Positions 26,082 through 34,998 of a stretch of 64,000 bases of DNA are shown piece after piece. Each line of letters starts with the position of its first letter. Positions within the stretch are counted from its first letter, which is position 1. The DNA lies in contig CAZSKP010000015.1 in assembly GCA_964607485.1 (NCBI GenBank), positions 32,001 through 96,000 on the forward strand, in the 5' to 3' direction. This DNA is from an uncultured bacterium (lineage in GTDB: Bacteria; Abyssobacteria; SURF-5). The notes beneath the pieces are model-generated. The model had not been told where the DNA came from. It searched no databases and saw only the letters and a program-made list of their open reading frames with translations. A program made the position numbers and the translations under genes.

Positions 26082-28286
26082 GTGTTCGATATTGGCCAGT
26101 GGATTGAAGACCAATATCTCGTCCTCGAACGACACCGCGGCAGGCGGTGGACCGTCTATGTGGTGCAGGACCGCATTTCGGAGAATGTGTTCGTCATCAA
26201 GAGACCCTCGGAAGTTCTGCTTCCCGACCCCCTCGCGGCGGACCATTTCGTCAACGAAGCGAGAATCTGGATAAACATCGGCGAATGCGATGAGGTCGTC
26301 AACGCGTACCTTATCAAGGAGTTTGAGGGAATACCCCACCTGTTCCTTGAGTACACTGACGGCCCCAGTCTCGAAGACATCCTAAGCTCGCGCCCCGGGA
26401 AACCGCTCCCCACCGACCAGGCCGTCGCCCTCATGAGGCAGCTCATTAACGGCATGAAGTTTCTTCATTCGGCGAGTCTGACGCCTGGAAATCGGGGTGT
26501 CGTACACGGCAGCCTGACCCCCCACGCCATCTTGACCAAATCGGGGAACATCAAGATAACCGACGTCGGCCTGGCCCACGCGTTGCGCCAGTCTTCCAGG
26601 ATGCTTAATGCCGGCCACTTTCTCTGGGACATTTCATACATGGCGCCCGAGCAGTTACAGGACCTCCGCGAGGCCGACAAACTGACCGATATTTACTCGT
26701 TCGGTGCAATAATGTACGAAGTCGCGACGGGTACGTCGCCGATGATGGGGAAAAAACCCGAGGACCCCTTGAGCGACATCGTCCGGTTCGAGCCGGCTCA
26801 CCCCCGGACGCGCAATCGCTCGTGCCCTCGGTGGCTGGAGGAAACGATTCTGAAATGCATGGCGCGGGAGCGGGCAAACCGCTTCCAGAGCTTCGAGCTG
26901 ATTGACGCGTTCGTGAGCGAAGTGCTCAGGGGAGAGGAGGAAGCCTCGCCGGCTCGTGACGCGAAGGAGGAAACGGATTCCGCCCATACCTCGCGGGTGG
27001 CGCGTGTGCGCGGAGTGGCGAAGAAGGAATCGCGCCGGCTCGACCACTATTACGTCGGCGTCGAACACCTGATGCTCGGCCTCATTGCCGAAGAGGAAAG
27101 CGTCGTTGTGAGTTGTTTCGGCGACGCGGTAGACGCGGAACGGCTCCGTTCGGAAATTCTCTCCCATTTGCCGAAGGGGGAGGGGCCGTGGTATTGGGAC
27201 GATATAAGAAAGACCCCGCGGTACAAACGCGTAATGAAGCTGGCGCGCAAGATAAAACGGGAACACAGCGACGACCGCATGCTCCCACAACACATCCTCC
27301 TCGCGATACTGAAGGAGGGACGGAACGTGCCGGTCCGCGTGCTCAAGGGATTGAACGTCGATGTCAAAGCCGCGGCCCGAAACCTGCGGCGGGAGATGAA
27401 GCGCAGAAGGCCGGCAATCTTCGTTGCCGATTCCGAACCTGGCGCGATTAGTTTCACGATCAAGGTGGCCTGCACGACCGACATCCCCTGTTCCATTCCC
27501 TTCGTCGGCCGGCGCTCGGAACTGGAAAGAGCTCGCGGGCTGCTCCTCGACGACAGAAGAAGCGTCATGATAGTGGGCGAACCGGGGGTCGGAAAGACGG
27601 CCTTCGTGCACGAACTTGAGTGTCTTGTTTCGGAAGCGTCGGGCGACGCAGGGCGCGAGAGCGGCGGCCTGGTCAAACTTCACGTCGCGTCCCTCATCGC
27701 GAGCACCGAGGGAGGGGAACAGATTATCTCTAATCTCACGGACGCCATCAACTCGGTCGTCGGTTCCAAATCCATCCTGGTGATAGAGGACCTTCCGGTG
27801 GTTGTCGGCCTCGGCGGAAAACTGCCGCCGGGGGCTGTCGGCAGGATGCTCGAAGAGTACATCGTGTCCAAAGGGCTGGTCGTCGTGGCAACGACCACGC
27901 GCGCAGGGTACGTGTCGTGCGAAGCGGAGCACGAGAACCTGGTCCCGTTTCTCGAAGTGATAAACCTGCGCGAGCCTTCGAGTGAAGAGACGTTCGAGAT
28001 GCTGGTGGCGGCGAAGGAGACTCTTGAGAACGAGCACTCCGTCAGGATCGTCGATGAGGCGCTGACCGCCTCGGTCGACCTTTCGCGAGAGATCCAGGGG
28101 AGAGCGCTTCCTGCAAGGGCGTTCGAGCTGCTCGACCGCGCATGCGTCGGCGCGAGGTTGAGCGCAAGCACGCCTGAGCAGGCTCGCGAGCAGATCGTCA
28201 TCGATGCGGAACGAGTGGAATATGCCCTGGCCGAAGCTCGGCAGCTCGAGCGGGCTCGGTCCGACCAAGAGCGTGGAGTCGTATAG
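26082..28286 (+). CDS. Fusion of Ser/Thr pseudokinase, double Clp-N repeat and a single degenerate ClpA/B/C-type AAA+ domain
   Basis: Hanks kinase fold (FVIK, LEY, YMAPE, DIYSFG) with HGSLTPHA/DVG; Clp-N repeats (HYYVGVEHLMLGL, PQHILLAIL); FVGR, GEPGVGKT and RALPARAFELLD; GTG 26082 follows GGAGG and the promoter. Confidence 0.85.
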   Translation: MFDIGQWIEDQYLVLERHRGRRWTVYVVQDRISENVFVIKRPSEVLLPDPLAADHFVNEARIWINIGECDEVVNAYLIKEFEGIPHLFLEYTDGPSLEDILSSRPGKPLPTDQAVALMRQLINGMKFLHSASLTPGNRGVVHGSLTPHAILTKSGNIKITDVGLAHALRQSSRMLNAGHFLWDISYMAPEQLQDLREADKLTDIYSFGAIMYEVATGTSPMMGKKPEDPLSDIVRFEPAHPRTRNRSCPRWLEETILKCMARERANRFQSFELIDAFVSEVLRGEEEASPARDAKEETDSAHTSRVARVRGVAKKESRRLDHYYVGVEHLMLGLIAEEESVVVSCFGDAVDAERLRSEILSHLPKGEGPWYWDDIRKTPRYKRVMKLARKIKREHSDDRMLPQHILLAILKEGRNVPVRVLKGLNVDVKAAARNLRREMKRRRPAIFVADSEPGAISFTIKVACTTDIPCSIPFVGRRSELERARGLLLDDRRSVMIVGEPGVGKTAFVHELECLVSEASGDAGRESGGLVKLHVASLIASTEGGEQIISNLTDAINSVVGSKSILVIEDLPVVVGLGGKLPPGAVGRMLEEYIVSKGLVVVATTTRAGYVSCEAEHENLVPFLEVINLREPSSEETFEMLVAAKETLENEHSVRIVDEALTASVDLSREIQGRALPARAFELLDRACVGARLSASTPEQAREQIVIDAERVEYALAEARQLERARSDQERGVV

Positions 28287-28637
28287 TTGAAGTCCGACAA
28301 GTCCCCCGCCGGGAAAACCGATAAAATCATCGTCGAGGTCATGAACGGGCCTGAGGACGGGCGCGTTGTCGTGTGCGACAAGATTCCTGTATCGATAGGC
28401 AGAGGAACCGACAACCGAGTATGCATTCCCTACGACCATCTCGTTTCGCGGCATCACGCCAAGATCGCAGGATCAGAGGGTAAGTTTCTCCTGTGCGATT
28501 TGAACAGCACCAACGGCACTTTCGTGGGGAGCGAACGGGTTCGGGAAGACACGCCCATTGAGCCCAACAAGCTGTTTCGCGTGGGCGCGACCCTGCTGAT
28601 GCTCAAACTCCGCTCAGCCGACGCATCGCCGAAATAG
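28287..28637 (+). CDS. Stand-alone FHA domain protein
   Basis: IGRG, VSRHHA and DLNSTNGTFV: the canonical pThr-binding residues are intact. Confidence 0.92.
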   Translation: MKSDKSPAGKTDKIIVEVMNGPEDGRVVVCDKIPVSIGRGTDNRVCIPYDHLVSRHHAKIAGSEGKFLLCDLNSTNGTFVGSERVREDTPIEPNKLFRVGATLLMLKLRSADASPK

Positions 28638-28655
28638 ACGAGGAGCGTGACGTCC

Positions 28656-30557
28656 ATGGCACATGAGAAGGAGCCTGCGGCCGCCCGAAATCGTACGAAA
28701 CACCGCCGCAAGCTTCCCTGCGCCAACCACCCGAGAAATCCCGCCGCAGCCCGCTGCGAGGTCTGTGGAAATCCGATATGCAGGGAGTGCGTGCAGTTCT
28801 ACGACGGCGCGCACATCTGCGGTGAGCTGTGCTGGAACAAGAAGCGGTTGGACGAATCGGCAAAAGCCTCCAAAGAGGACAGGCTCCGGCGGCGACAAAA
28901 GGAAAAGAAAGCAAACCGTGCCGTGACGGTGGGGCTGTTGGCGGCGCTGGTCGTGGTTCTGGGGGCGGTCGGCGCTTTCGTGTACACTGTCGTGTCCGAC
29001 CACTCGGGAGACAAAGCCTGGGAATTCGAGAATCCGGGAGGGTCCTTCGATTACGCGGTCCGACCGAACCTGAACTCCGTCTTCCTTCTGTCGGCGGACG
29101 GAAACGTAGAGACAATCGACGCCTTGACCGGCGTGCTAAAATGGCGCGTCAAATTGCCCGAGAGGTCCGGCCACTCGGAACTGATGATAATCGATGAAGA
29201 CCACTGTCTCGTCTATTTCGGGAACACGGTCTTGCTCTGTAAATCGGGCCGAGCGGCGCCGGCGTGGGAATTCAGTGCACCACAGCCTTTTCTGTGCGCC
29301 GAGCCGGTGCATTTGGATGACCGTCTCTACGCGGTAAGCTCCCCGGTCGGCTCCTTCTTCCAGGTGTTTCCCGAGCTGGAAGAGATGAGGTCTGCGCTCT
29401 TGATGTCTCCCGAGCTCGAATCGCTGAGGTCCGTGGTCCGGGCGCCGAGGCCGCAGTCAGATTCGGCCGGCGCAATCCCGCCCCCACGGGAACAACCGGA
29501 GACGGCCGGCGAGCAAGCCGAAGTGGAGCGGCTCTCCACGGTCAGCGCCGTGGACATGGCCTCCGGCAAAGGACTGTGGGACACCGAACTGGTAGGTCTT
29601 AGGGTCGAGGGCCTGCTGGCGGATGAAAGTCGGGTCTACGCGGTCGGCTATCAGTGGAGAGAATACGGGAGGTACGGCGCGGCCCCGGAACCGGAAGAGC
29701 CCAAACAGGAGGACTCCGCCGGCGACCAAGAAGCCTCACACGTCAGCTCCACCCAGCTTTGGGCGCTGAACGCGACAACCGGCGAGCCGGAGTGGAAGCT
29801 GGAAGGGATGGGCAATTTTCTGGTTTCTCCCATGAAGAGCGACGAGGGCATCGTCTTCTCGACAATGGAGAATATCTACTTGATCTCGCCCGAGGGAAAG
29901 ATAAAATGGAAATATTCCCTCGGCGAGAGAGGTGTTTACGCGTTTCAGCCGAGCTATGACAAGCTCTTTGTCTCAACGGGCGACGGATTCCTTGTCTGCA
30001 TCGACCTCGCCTCCGGACGCGAAAAGTGGACGACCGAGGTCGGCATGGGAGCCGACAGGATAGTCGTCAGTTCTCCGCTCGCATACGTCTCGTCACTGGT
30101 CAAGGTGGAGAAGGAAGCCCGGAGAGTAATAATGACGAAACGCTGGAAGGGGTCGGAGGACCTGTTGAAAAAAGCGCTGAAGCGAGACGAAGTGAGCTAT
30201 GAAAGAGTCATCCACGGCATCGACGTCGAGAGCGGTGAGACGCGCTGGTCGATTCCGAAGATCGAGGGCGAGTTCGAATATGGGCGGGGATTTCTGTACG
30301 CGTTGCGCTATTTCGAGAGGCTGCAACTCCTCGATGCCTCGGTCGACTCCAGCCAGATAGCCAAGACGGTGTCGAATCTGGGCGCGTACGACTGCCTGAC
30401 CGGCGAGAAAGTCTGGGAGACCGGTATTGACGGCTACGCATCGGACCTGCGTCTGACCCCATTCGTCGGCATCGTGAAGTCACGCTCGCAAGTGCTTACC
30501 GTCGGCGCGGCGGCCGAACAGCGTCCCGGACGCCTGATCGGAATTTCTCTCGAGTGA
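28656..30557 (+). CDS. B-box-type zinc finger, single TM and PQQ/BamB-like beta-propeller protein
   Basis: CANH..CEVCGNPICREC..CGELC, hydrophobic segment VGLLAALVVVLGAVGAFVY, repeated (A/I)D..(T/S)G...W propeller motifs; ATG 28656 after GAGGAG. Confidence 0.8.
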   Translation: MAHEKEPAAARNRTKHRRKLPCANHPRNPAAARCEVCGNPICRECVQFYDGAHICGELCWNKKRLDESAKASKEDRLRRRQKEKKANRAVTVGLLAALVVVLGAVGAFVYTVVSDHSGDKAWEFENPGGSFDYAVRPNLNSVFLLSADGNVETIDALTGVLKWRVKLPERSGHSELMIIDEDHCLVYFGNTVLLCKSGRAAPAWEFSAPQPFLCAEPVHLDDRLYAVSSPVGSFFQVFPELEEMRSALLMSPELESLRSVVRAPRPQSDSAGAIPPPREQPETAGEQAEVERLSTVSAVDMASGKGLWDTELVGLRVEGLLADESRVYAVGYQWREYGRYGAAPEPEEPKQEDSAGDQEASHVSSTQLWALNATTGEPEWKLEGMGNFLVSPMKSDEGIVFSTMENIYLISPEGKIKWKYSLGERGVYAFQPSYDKLFVSTGDGFLVCIDLASGREKWTTEVGMGADRIVVSSPLAYVSSLVKVEKEARRVIMTKRWKGSEDLLKKALKRDEVSYERVIHGIDVESGETRWSIPKIEGEFEYGRGFLYALRYFERLQLLDASVDSSQIAKTVSNLGAYDCLTGEKVWETGIDGYASDLRLTPFVGIVKSRSQVLTVGAAAEQRPGRLIGISLE

Positions 30558-30583
30558 ACGGCAGATGAACAATCTGGGAGACT

Positions 30584-31708
30584 ATGACCGGGAACAGGAG
30601 AAAAGAGGCAGGTCCCTCCCGCGGCGAGGCCGTCGCCAACTACATCACCGACCTTCTTAAGAACTCTATCGAGATAGTCACCGACTATTCCTGCAAGTAT
30701 CATCCCGACCGCGCCGCCACCGCCGTCTGCGAATGGTGCAGCGCCGACCTTTGCTCCGATTGCGCGCACGTTCGAGGCCATCGGCTCGTGTGCCGCAATT
30801 GCATGGGCTCACTCGACAGGACGTTTGCGGGAACGGGCGCCGCGTCGGTTCTGACGCGGCTGCTCACGCACCCAATTGTGGTCGCATTGGTGCTGACGAC
30901 ATTGCTCGGAGGCCTGCTCGTCGGCCTCGGCAGGATTCATCGCAAGGGACTGCTGGGGGAAGTTCCGGCGACCGCCAGCGGGGTCGAAAAACAGTTTCGT
31001 CTGAAGCTCGTCCTGTATGCGCAGAAAGCCGACCGCATCGAAACCCACGCCGATGAACTCCAGAAAGTCGGCCGCACCGATGAGGCGGCGGCGGACTATG
31101 ACCGCGCCAGGTCCATCCACGAGATGCTGGCCCGCGAGGCCGCCGGCAGATGGGAGGAGCAGGCTTTCACTCTGGCGAGAGCGAGAATCCTGGAAAAAAC
31201 GGGCGAACGCGCCTATGCCCAAGGGCTGTACGAAAACGTCGCCAACCTGCCCGGCGCAGACAAAACCTATCCCGTCATCGCGCAGTTTCATCTGGCCAAA
31301 CTCCAGGAAAAGACGAACCCGGAAGAGGCGGTGGCGACGTACACGCGACTCCTGCGCGACGTCAACTTCGTTCCCGACAATTTCTCCCGCGCGGTCAACA
31401 TGATGGCGCATTCGCAGGGCGCTTACAACTACGACAGCCGGATACAATTTCACACGCGCACCGACTTCGATTTCGACACGGTCAAAGTGGAGACGCTGCT
31501 GGAGATGGGTCGGCTGTTGGCTGCTATGGGACGTACCGACGAGGCTGCGTTCAGACTGGGGCAGGCGGCCAACGAGGGATTTGGCACGAAGCTGGGCGAG
31601 CAGGCCACGGCTGAACTCAGGAAGCTCCACACCGTCGATGTGCCCGAGGAACCTCCCGAAGAAGAGGCCGAGAAAGAAGAAGAACTGACCATAACTCACT
31701 TCGACTGA
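30584..31708 (+). CDS. B-box-type zinc finger, single TM and TPR-like helical-repeat protein
   Basis: CKYH..CEWCSADLCSDC..CRNC, TM IVVALVLTTLLGGLLVGL, TPR-like repeats (GRTDEAA twice). Confidence 0.78.
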   Translation: MTGNRRKEAGPSRGEAVANYITDLLKNSIEIVTDYSCKYHPDRAATAVCEWCSADLCSDCAHVRGHRLVCRNCMGSLDRTFAGTGAASVLTRLLTHPIVVALVLTTLLGGLLVGLGRIHRKGLLGEVPATASGVEKQFRLKLVLYAQKADRIETHADELQKVGRTDEAAADYDRARSIHEMLAREAAGRWEEQAFTLARARILEKTGERAYAQGLYENVANLPGADKTYPVIAQFHLAKLQEKTNPEEAVATYTRLLRDVNFVPDNFSRAVNMMAHSQGAYNYDSRIQFHTRTDFDFDTVKVETLLEMGRLLAAMGRTDEAAFRLGQAANEGFGTKLGEQATAELRKLHTVDVPEEPPEEEAEKEEELTITHFD

Positions 31709-31744
31709 CGCCCGCGGCCGCTGCTGACGTCATGAGGACGGAAT

Positions 31745-32965
31745 ATGCTTTTTCCGGTCAAAATTGAGACAGAGATAGAAAAGTTTCCGATCTTCACCTA
31801 TCTCATAATAGTCGCAAACGCGGTCGTATTCCTGTCCATGCGGTTCCTTCCCGCGTCGGCGCTGGAAATGGCGTATTACGATTACGGATTCATCCCCGAC
31901 CACATCGACGCCGTCTCGATGTTCACGTCGCTGTTTGTCCACGCGGGCTGGCTGCACATCGTTGGCAACATGTATTTTCTGTGGCTGTTTGGGCGGGCGG
32001 TGGAACAGCGATTGAACAGAGTGCTGTACGTGATCCTGTACTTCAGCAGCGGAGCGGCAGGCGGCCTCCTGCATGCGGGACTGACGCCCGCGTACATGGC
32101 CGACATTCCCTGTATCGGCGCCTCGGGCGCAATCTCGGGTGTGCTCGGCACCTACATGATTCTGTATCCGTGGGAGGAAGTGTACTGCATCTACTTTTCT
32201 TTCACGATGAGATATGCCACTTCCATAACTCTGTCCAGCGTCTGGGTGCTGGGCTCGTGGTTCGTGCTGCAGTTTGCGGACGCGCTCTGGTTCACGCCGC
32301 AGACGGCGGAAGCTACGGTCGCATTCTGGGCTCACATCGGCGGGTTCGTGTTTGGCGGGCTGGTTGCGGCGGTCCTGAAGTACTCCGCCGCCTTTGCCGG
32401 TATGCTTCGCAGGCGTTCGGTCGTAATCGCACTCGAGGAATATTCCGACCTCCTCCACAAAGGCAGGACCGACGAGGCGGAGGAGAGATTGAAGACGGCC
32501 CTGAAGGCCGCACCATCGAACGCGCTCGTTCTCGGCGAGCTGGGAAGAATCGAGTTGCGCCGCGACAACCGGAGGGGTGCGCGAAAGCTGCTCCGCCGCT
32601 CCCTGAAGAAGGCTCTCAAGCAGAAGGACGACGCAAAAGCCGTGGCCGCATACTTTTCGTTGGTCGCGGCCCGGGAAGATCCTCCCAGCAACTCGCAGCG
32701 TCTCGTCATCGGCCGAAGGTTTGCGCGTTTGAAGAAGTACGGCCATGCCCTCGGAATCATGGGCGGCGCGTTCAAGCCCGACGCCGAGATGCACGGCCTG
32801 GATATGCTGCTGTACGAGATTGCGGAAATCTTCGCCGGCCCGCTGAAGGATTGGGGCCGTGCCGAGGCATCCTACAGGCTGCTGCGAGAGCTGTTTCCCC
32901 ATTCTCCCCGCAGTCTGGACGCGGAATACCAGCTTCGCAAGTTGCAGGCGAAAGGAAGGGCCTGA
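31745..32965 (+). CDS. Rhomboid intramembrane serine protease with C-terminal TPR region
   Basis: HAGWLHIVGNM, GASG catalytic Ser, AHIGG catalytic His; TPR-like tail. Confidence 0.92.
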   Translation: MLFPVKIETEIEKFPIFTYLIIVANAVVFLSMRFLPASALEMAYYDYGFIPDHIDAVSMFTSLFVHAGWLHIVGNMYFLWLFGRAVEQRLNRVLYVILYFSSGAAGGLLHAGLTPAYMADIPCIGASGAISGVLGTYMILYPWEEVYCIYFSFTMRYATSITLSSVWVLGSWFVLQFADALWFTPQTAEATVAFWAHIGGFVFGGLVAAVLKYSAAFAGMLRRRSVVIALEEYSDLLHKGRTDEAEERLKTALKAAPSNALVLGELGRIELRRDNRRGARKLLRRSLKKALKQKDDAKAVAAYFSLVAAREDPPSNSQRLVIGRRFARLKKYGHALGIMGGAFKPDAEMHGLDMLLYEIAEIFAGPLKDWGRAEASYRLLRELFPHSPRSLDAEYQLRKLQAKGRA

Positions 32966-32980
32966 GCCGGCCAGAGAGGC

Positions 32981-34693
32981 CTACCTCTTGGTCTCGGCCA
33001 GTTCCGGCAAGCGTTCGGGCGCGGGCTGTTCCTCGGCCGACGGCAGGGGCTTCCTCAGCATGTTGATGACCTCGACGATCATCCACACGACGAACACTAT
33101 GATGATGCCGTCTATTCCGAACAGCAGCCAGTGACCGCTCTTGTAGAACGCGACTATGTTCAGCGCCATAGCCCAGCCGGTCATTGCGACCATGAAGATC
33201 ATCGGCAGGCCCGTATATACGACGGACTTGCCCTTCTTGTGAAGGTACACGGTGATGACCATCAGGGCCAGGCCGGCAAGCAATTGGTTGCTGGCGCCGA
33301 ACAATGGCCACAGGACCAGAGCACCCTGGCCGTTGGGCCTGACCAGCGCGAGCAGCAGGGCGGTGATGACCGCAAACGCCGTGGCGGGATGCCGTCGGGT
33401 CAGCGGTTTGATCTTGAAGCTCGCCGCCAGGTCGCTCACGACATAACGCTGAATTCTCGTCGCGGTATCGAGGGTCGTGGCCGCGAAGCTGACCACGAAC
33501 ACCCCCAGGATGGTCACGGCGAGAGTCTCGCCGACCCCGAGCGCTTCCAATAAATTCGCGCCGCCGTCCACGAACGCGGACACTTTTGCGCCGAGACCGG
33601 AAACGGCCGCCCAACTTGCGTAGCGCGCGCTCCACGCCTCCGTGCCGCCGAGGCCGGCCGTGCACGCCAATATGACCATGGTCGCGAGGGCCGCTTCCAT
33701 GATCATGCCGCCATAGCCGATGAACTGCGCGTGGGTCTCATTGGAAAGCTGCTTGGATGATGTTCCGGAGGCAACGAGGCTGTGAAAGCCCGAGATCGCG
33801 CCGCATGCTATGGTGATGAAGAGGAACGGCCACATCGACGGAGCGCCCTTGGGAGCGGCCACATAGGCCGGGGCGCTTATGTGCGGGTGCGCGGCTACGA
33901 GACCGATGAACAGCAGGCCCATGGCGATGAGCAACTGGTGTGAGTTTATGTAGTCGCGCGGCTGGAGCAGCGTCTGAATCGGGAGCACCGACGCGACGTA
34001 GGCGTATATCATCAGGATAACCACCCACGTTACCAGGGGAGAACCCAAGATGATTCCCGGCATCTCGAACGGAATGTATGTCCCGATCCAGACGAAAACA
34101 TAGAGCATGATGACCGCCACGATTGAAAGCGTCCGGGGGTTGGCGTTCTTCTTGTACACCAGGTAACCCAGGGTTACCGCGACAGGGACTTCCATCCAGA
34201 TTGGAAATATCAGAGTCGGATACATGGTGAACAGGATGCCGATTATCATCGCGAATATCGAGACGACGATGAACAGGGCGAAAAAGATGACAAGGAGGAA
34301 TAACAGGCGCGAGGTCGGACTGACGAGGTCGCTGGTGACCTCTCCGATGGATTTTCCCTTGTTGCGGGAAGAGATCACGAGGGAGCCGAAGTCGTGAACG
34401 GCGCCCATCACGATTGACCCGACAATTACCCAGATGAGGGCGGGCACCCATCCCCAAATGACCCCTATGGCCGGGCCGACGATCGGGCCGGTCCCGGCGA
34501 TGGACGTGAAGTGATGACCGAAAAGCACCTCTTTTTTCGTCGGAACATAATCCATGCCGTCGGCCATTTCATGGGCCGGGGTGACCGCCTCCCTGCTGAG
34601 AGCGAAGAGCTTTCGCCCCAGGAATCGTCCGTATGTCCTGTAGGCGATTATGAATCCGACGTAAACCAGAATACACAACACCAGCGAATTCAT
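32981..34693 (-). CDS. cstA: Carbon starvation protein A family transporter
   Basis: GHHFTSIAGTGPIVGP, QPRDYIN, ACGAISGFH and LWPLFGASNQLLA motifs. Confidence 0.93.
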   Translation of the reverse strand: MNSLVLCILVYVGFIIAYRTYGRFLGRKLFALSREAVTPAHEMADGMDYVPTKKEVLFGHHFTSIAGTGPIVGPAIGVIWGWVPALIWVIVGSIVMGAVHDFGSLVISSRNKGKSIGEVTSDLVSPTSRLLFLLVIFFALFIVVSIFAMIIGILFTMYPTLIFPIWMEVPVAVTLGYLVYKKNANPRTLSIVAVIMLYVFVWIGTYIPFEMPGIILGSPLVTWVVILMIYAYVASVLPIQTLLQPRDYINSHQLLIAMGLLFIGLVAAHPHISAPAYVAAPKGAPSMWPFLFITIACGAISGFHSLVASGTSSKQLSNETHAQFIGYGGMIMEAALATMVILACTAGLGGTEAWSARYASWAAVSGLGAKVSAFVDGGANLLEALGVGETLAVTILGVFVVSFAATTLDTATRIQRYVVSDLAASFKIKPLTRRHPATAFAVITALLLALVRPNGQGALVLWPLFGASNQLLAGLALMVITVYLHKKGKSVVYTGLPMIFMVAMTGWAMALNIVAFYKSGHWLLFGIDGIIIVFVVWMIVEVINMLRKPLPSAEEQPAPERLPELAETKR

Positions 34694-34936
34694 GTTCTTG
34701 TCCCTCCTCAGAAAACGCGAGACACAAAACCGATTTCATCATACCAGATTGCACGCAGTGGGTCAAGAATTTGGAACGCGCTTCAAGCCTCGTTAACTGA
34801 TTGGCGCCCGTGATGTTTTCTTGACAAATTGTCGGGAAATGTGAGAGAATTGCGCCATTCTGTGGTAACGCCATCGATCCGGCAGGCGGGCGGGGAAGCG
34901 GCTGTTCGGACGGCCGATTTTTCGCTGACGTGCCGC

Positions 34937-34965
34937 TTGACAATGTGGGGACGATGGGGTATAAT
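34937..34965 (+). promoter_or_regulatory. Consensus sigma70 promoter of the TetR gene
   Basis: Perfect TTGACA-N17-TATAAT. Confidence 0.85.
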
Positions 34966-34970
34966 TATTA

Positions 34971-34990
34971 GTGAATGAACAGTCATTCAT
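34971..34990. promoter_or_regulatory. TetR operator 1 (FadR-box-like palindrome)
   Basis: TGAATGA-N4-TCATTCA overlapping the expected transcription start. Confidence 0.8.
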
Positions 34991-34998
34991 AAAAGCCC

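Noticed and set aside
26655-28457. 600-aa minus-strand ORF and similar long shadow ORFs (e.g. 14959-16413, 17104-18435, 18958-20334, 59132-60469)
   Set aside because: They overlap motif-supported genes, show no recognisable domains and are expected in GC-rich DNA
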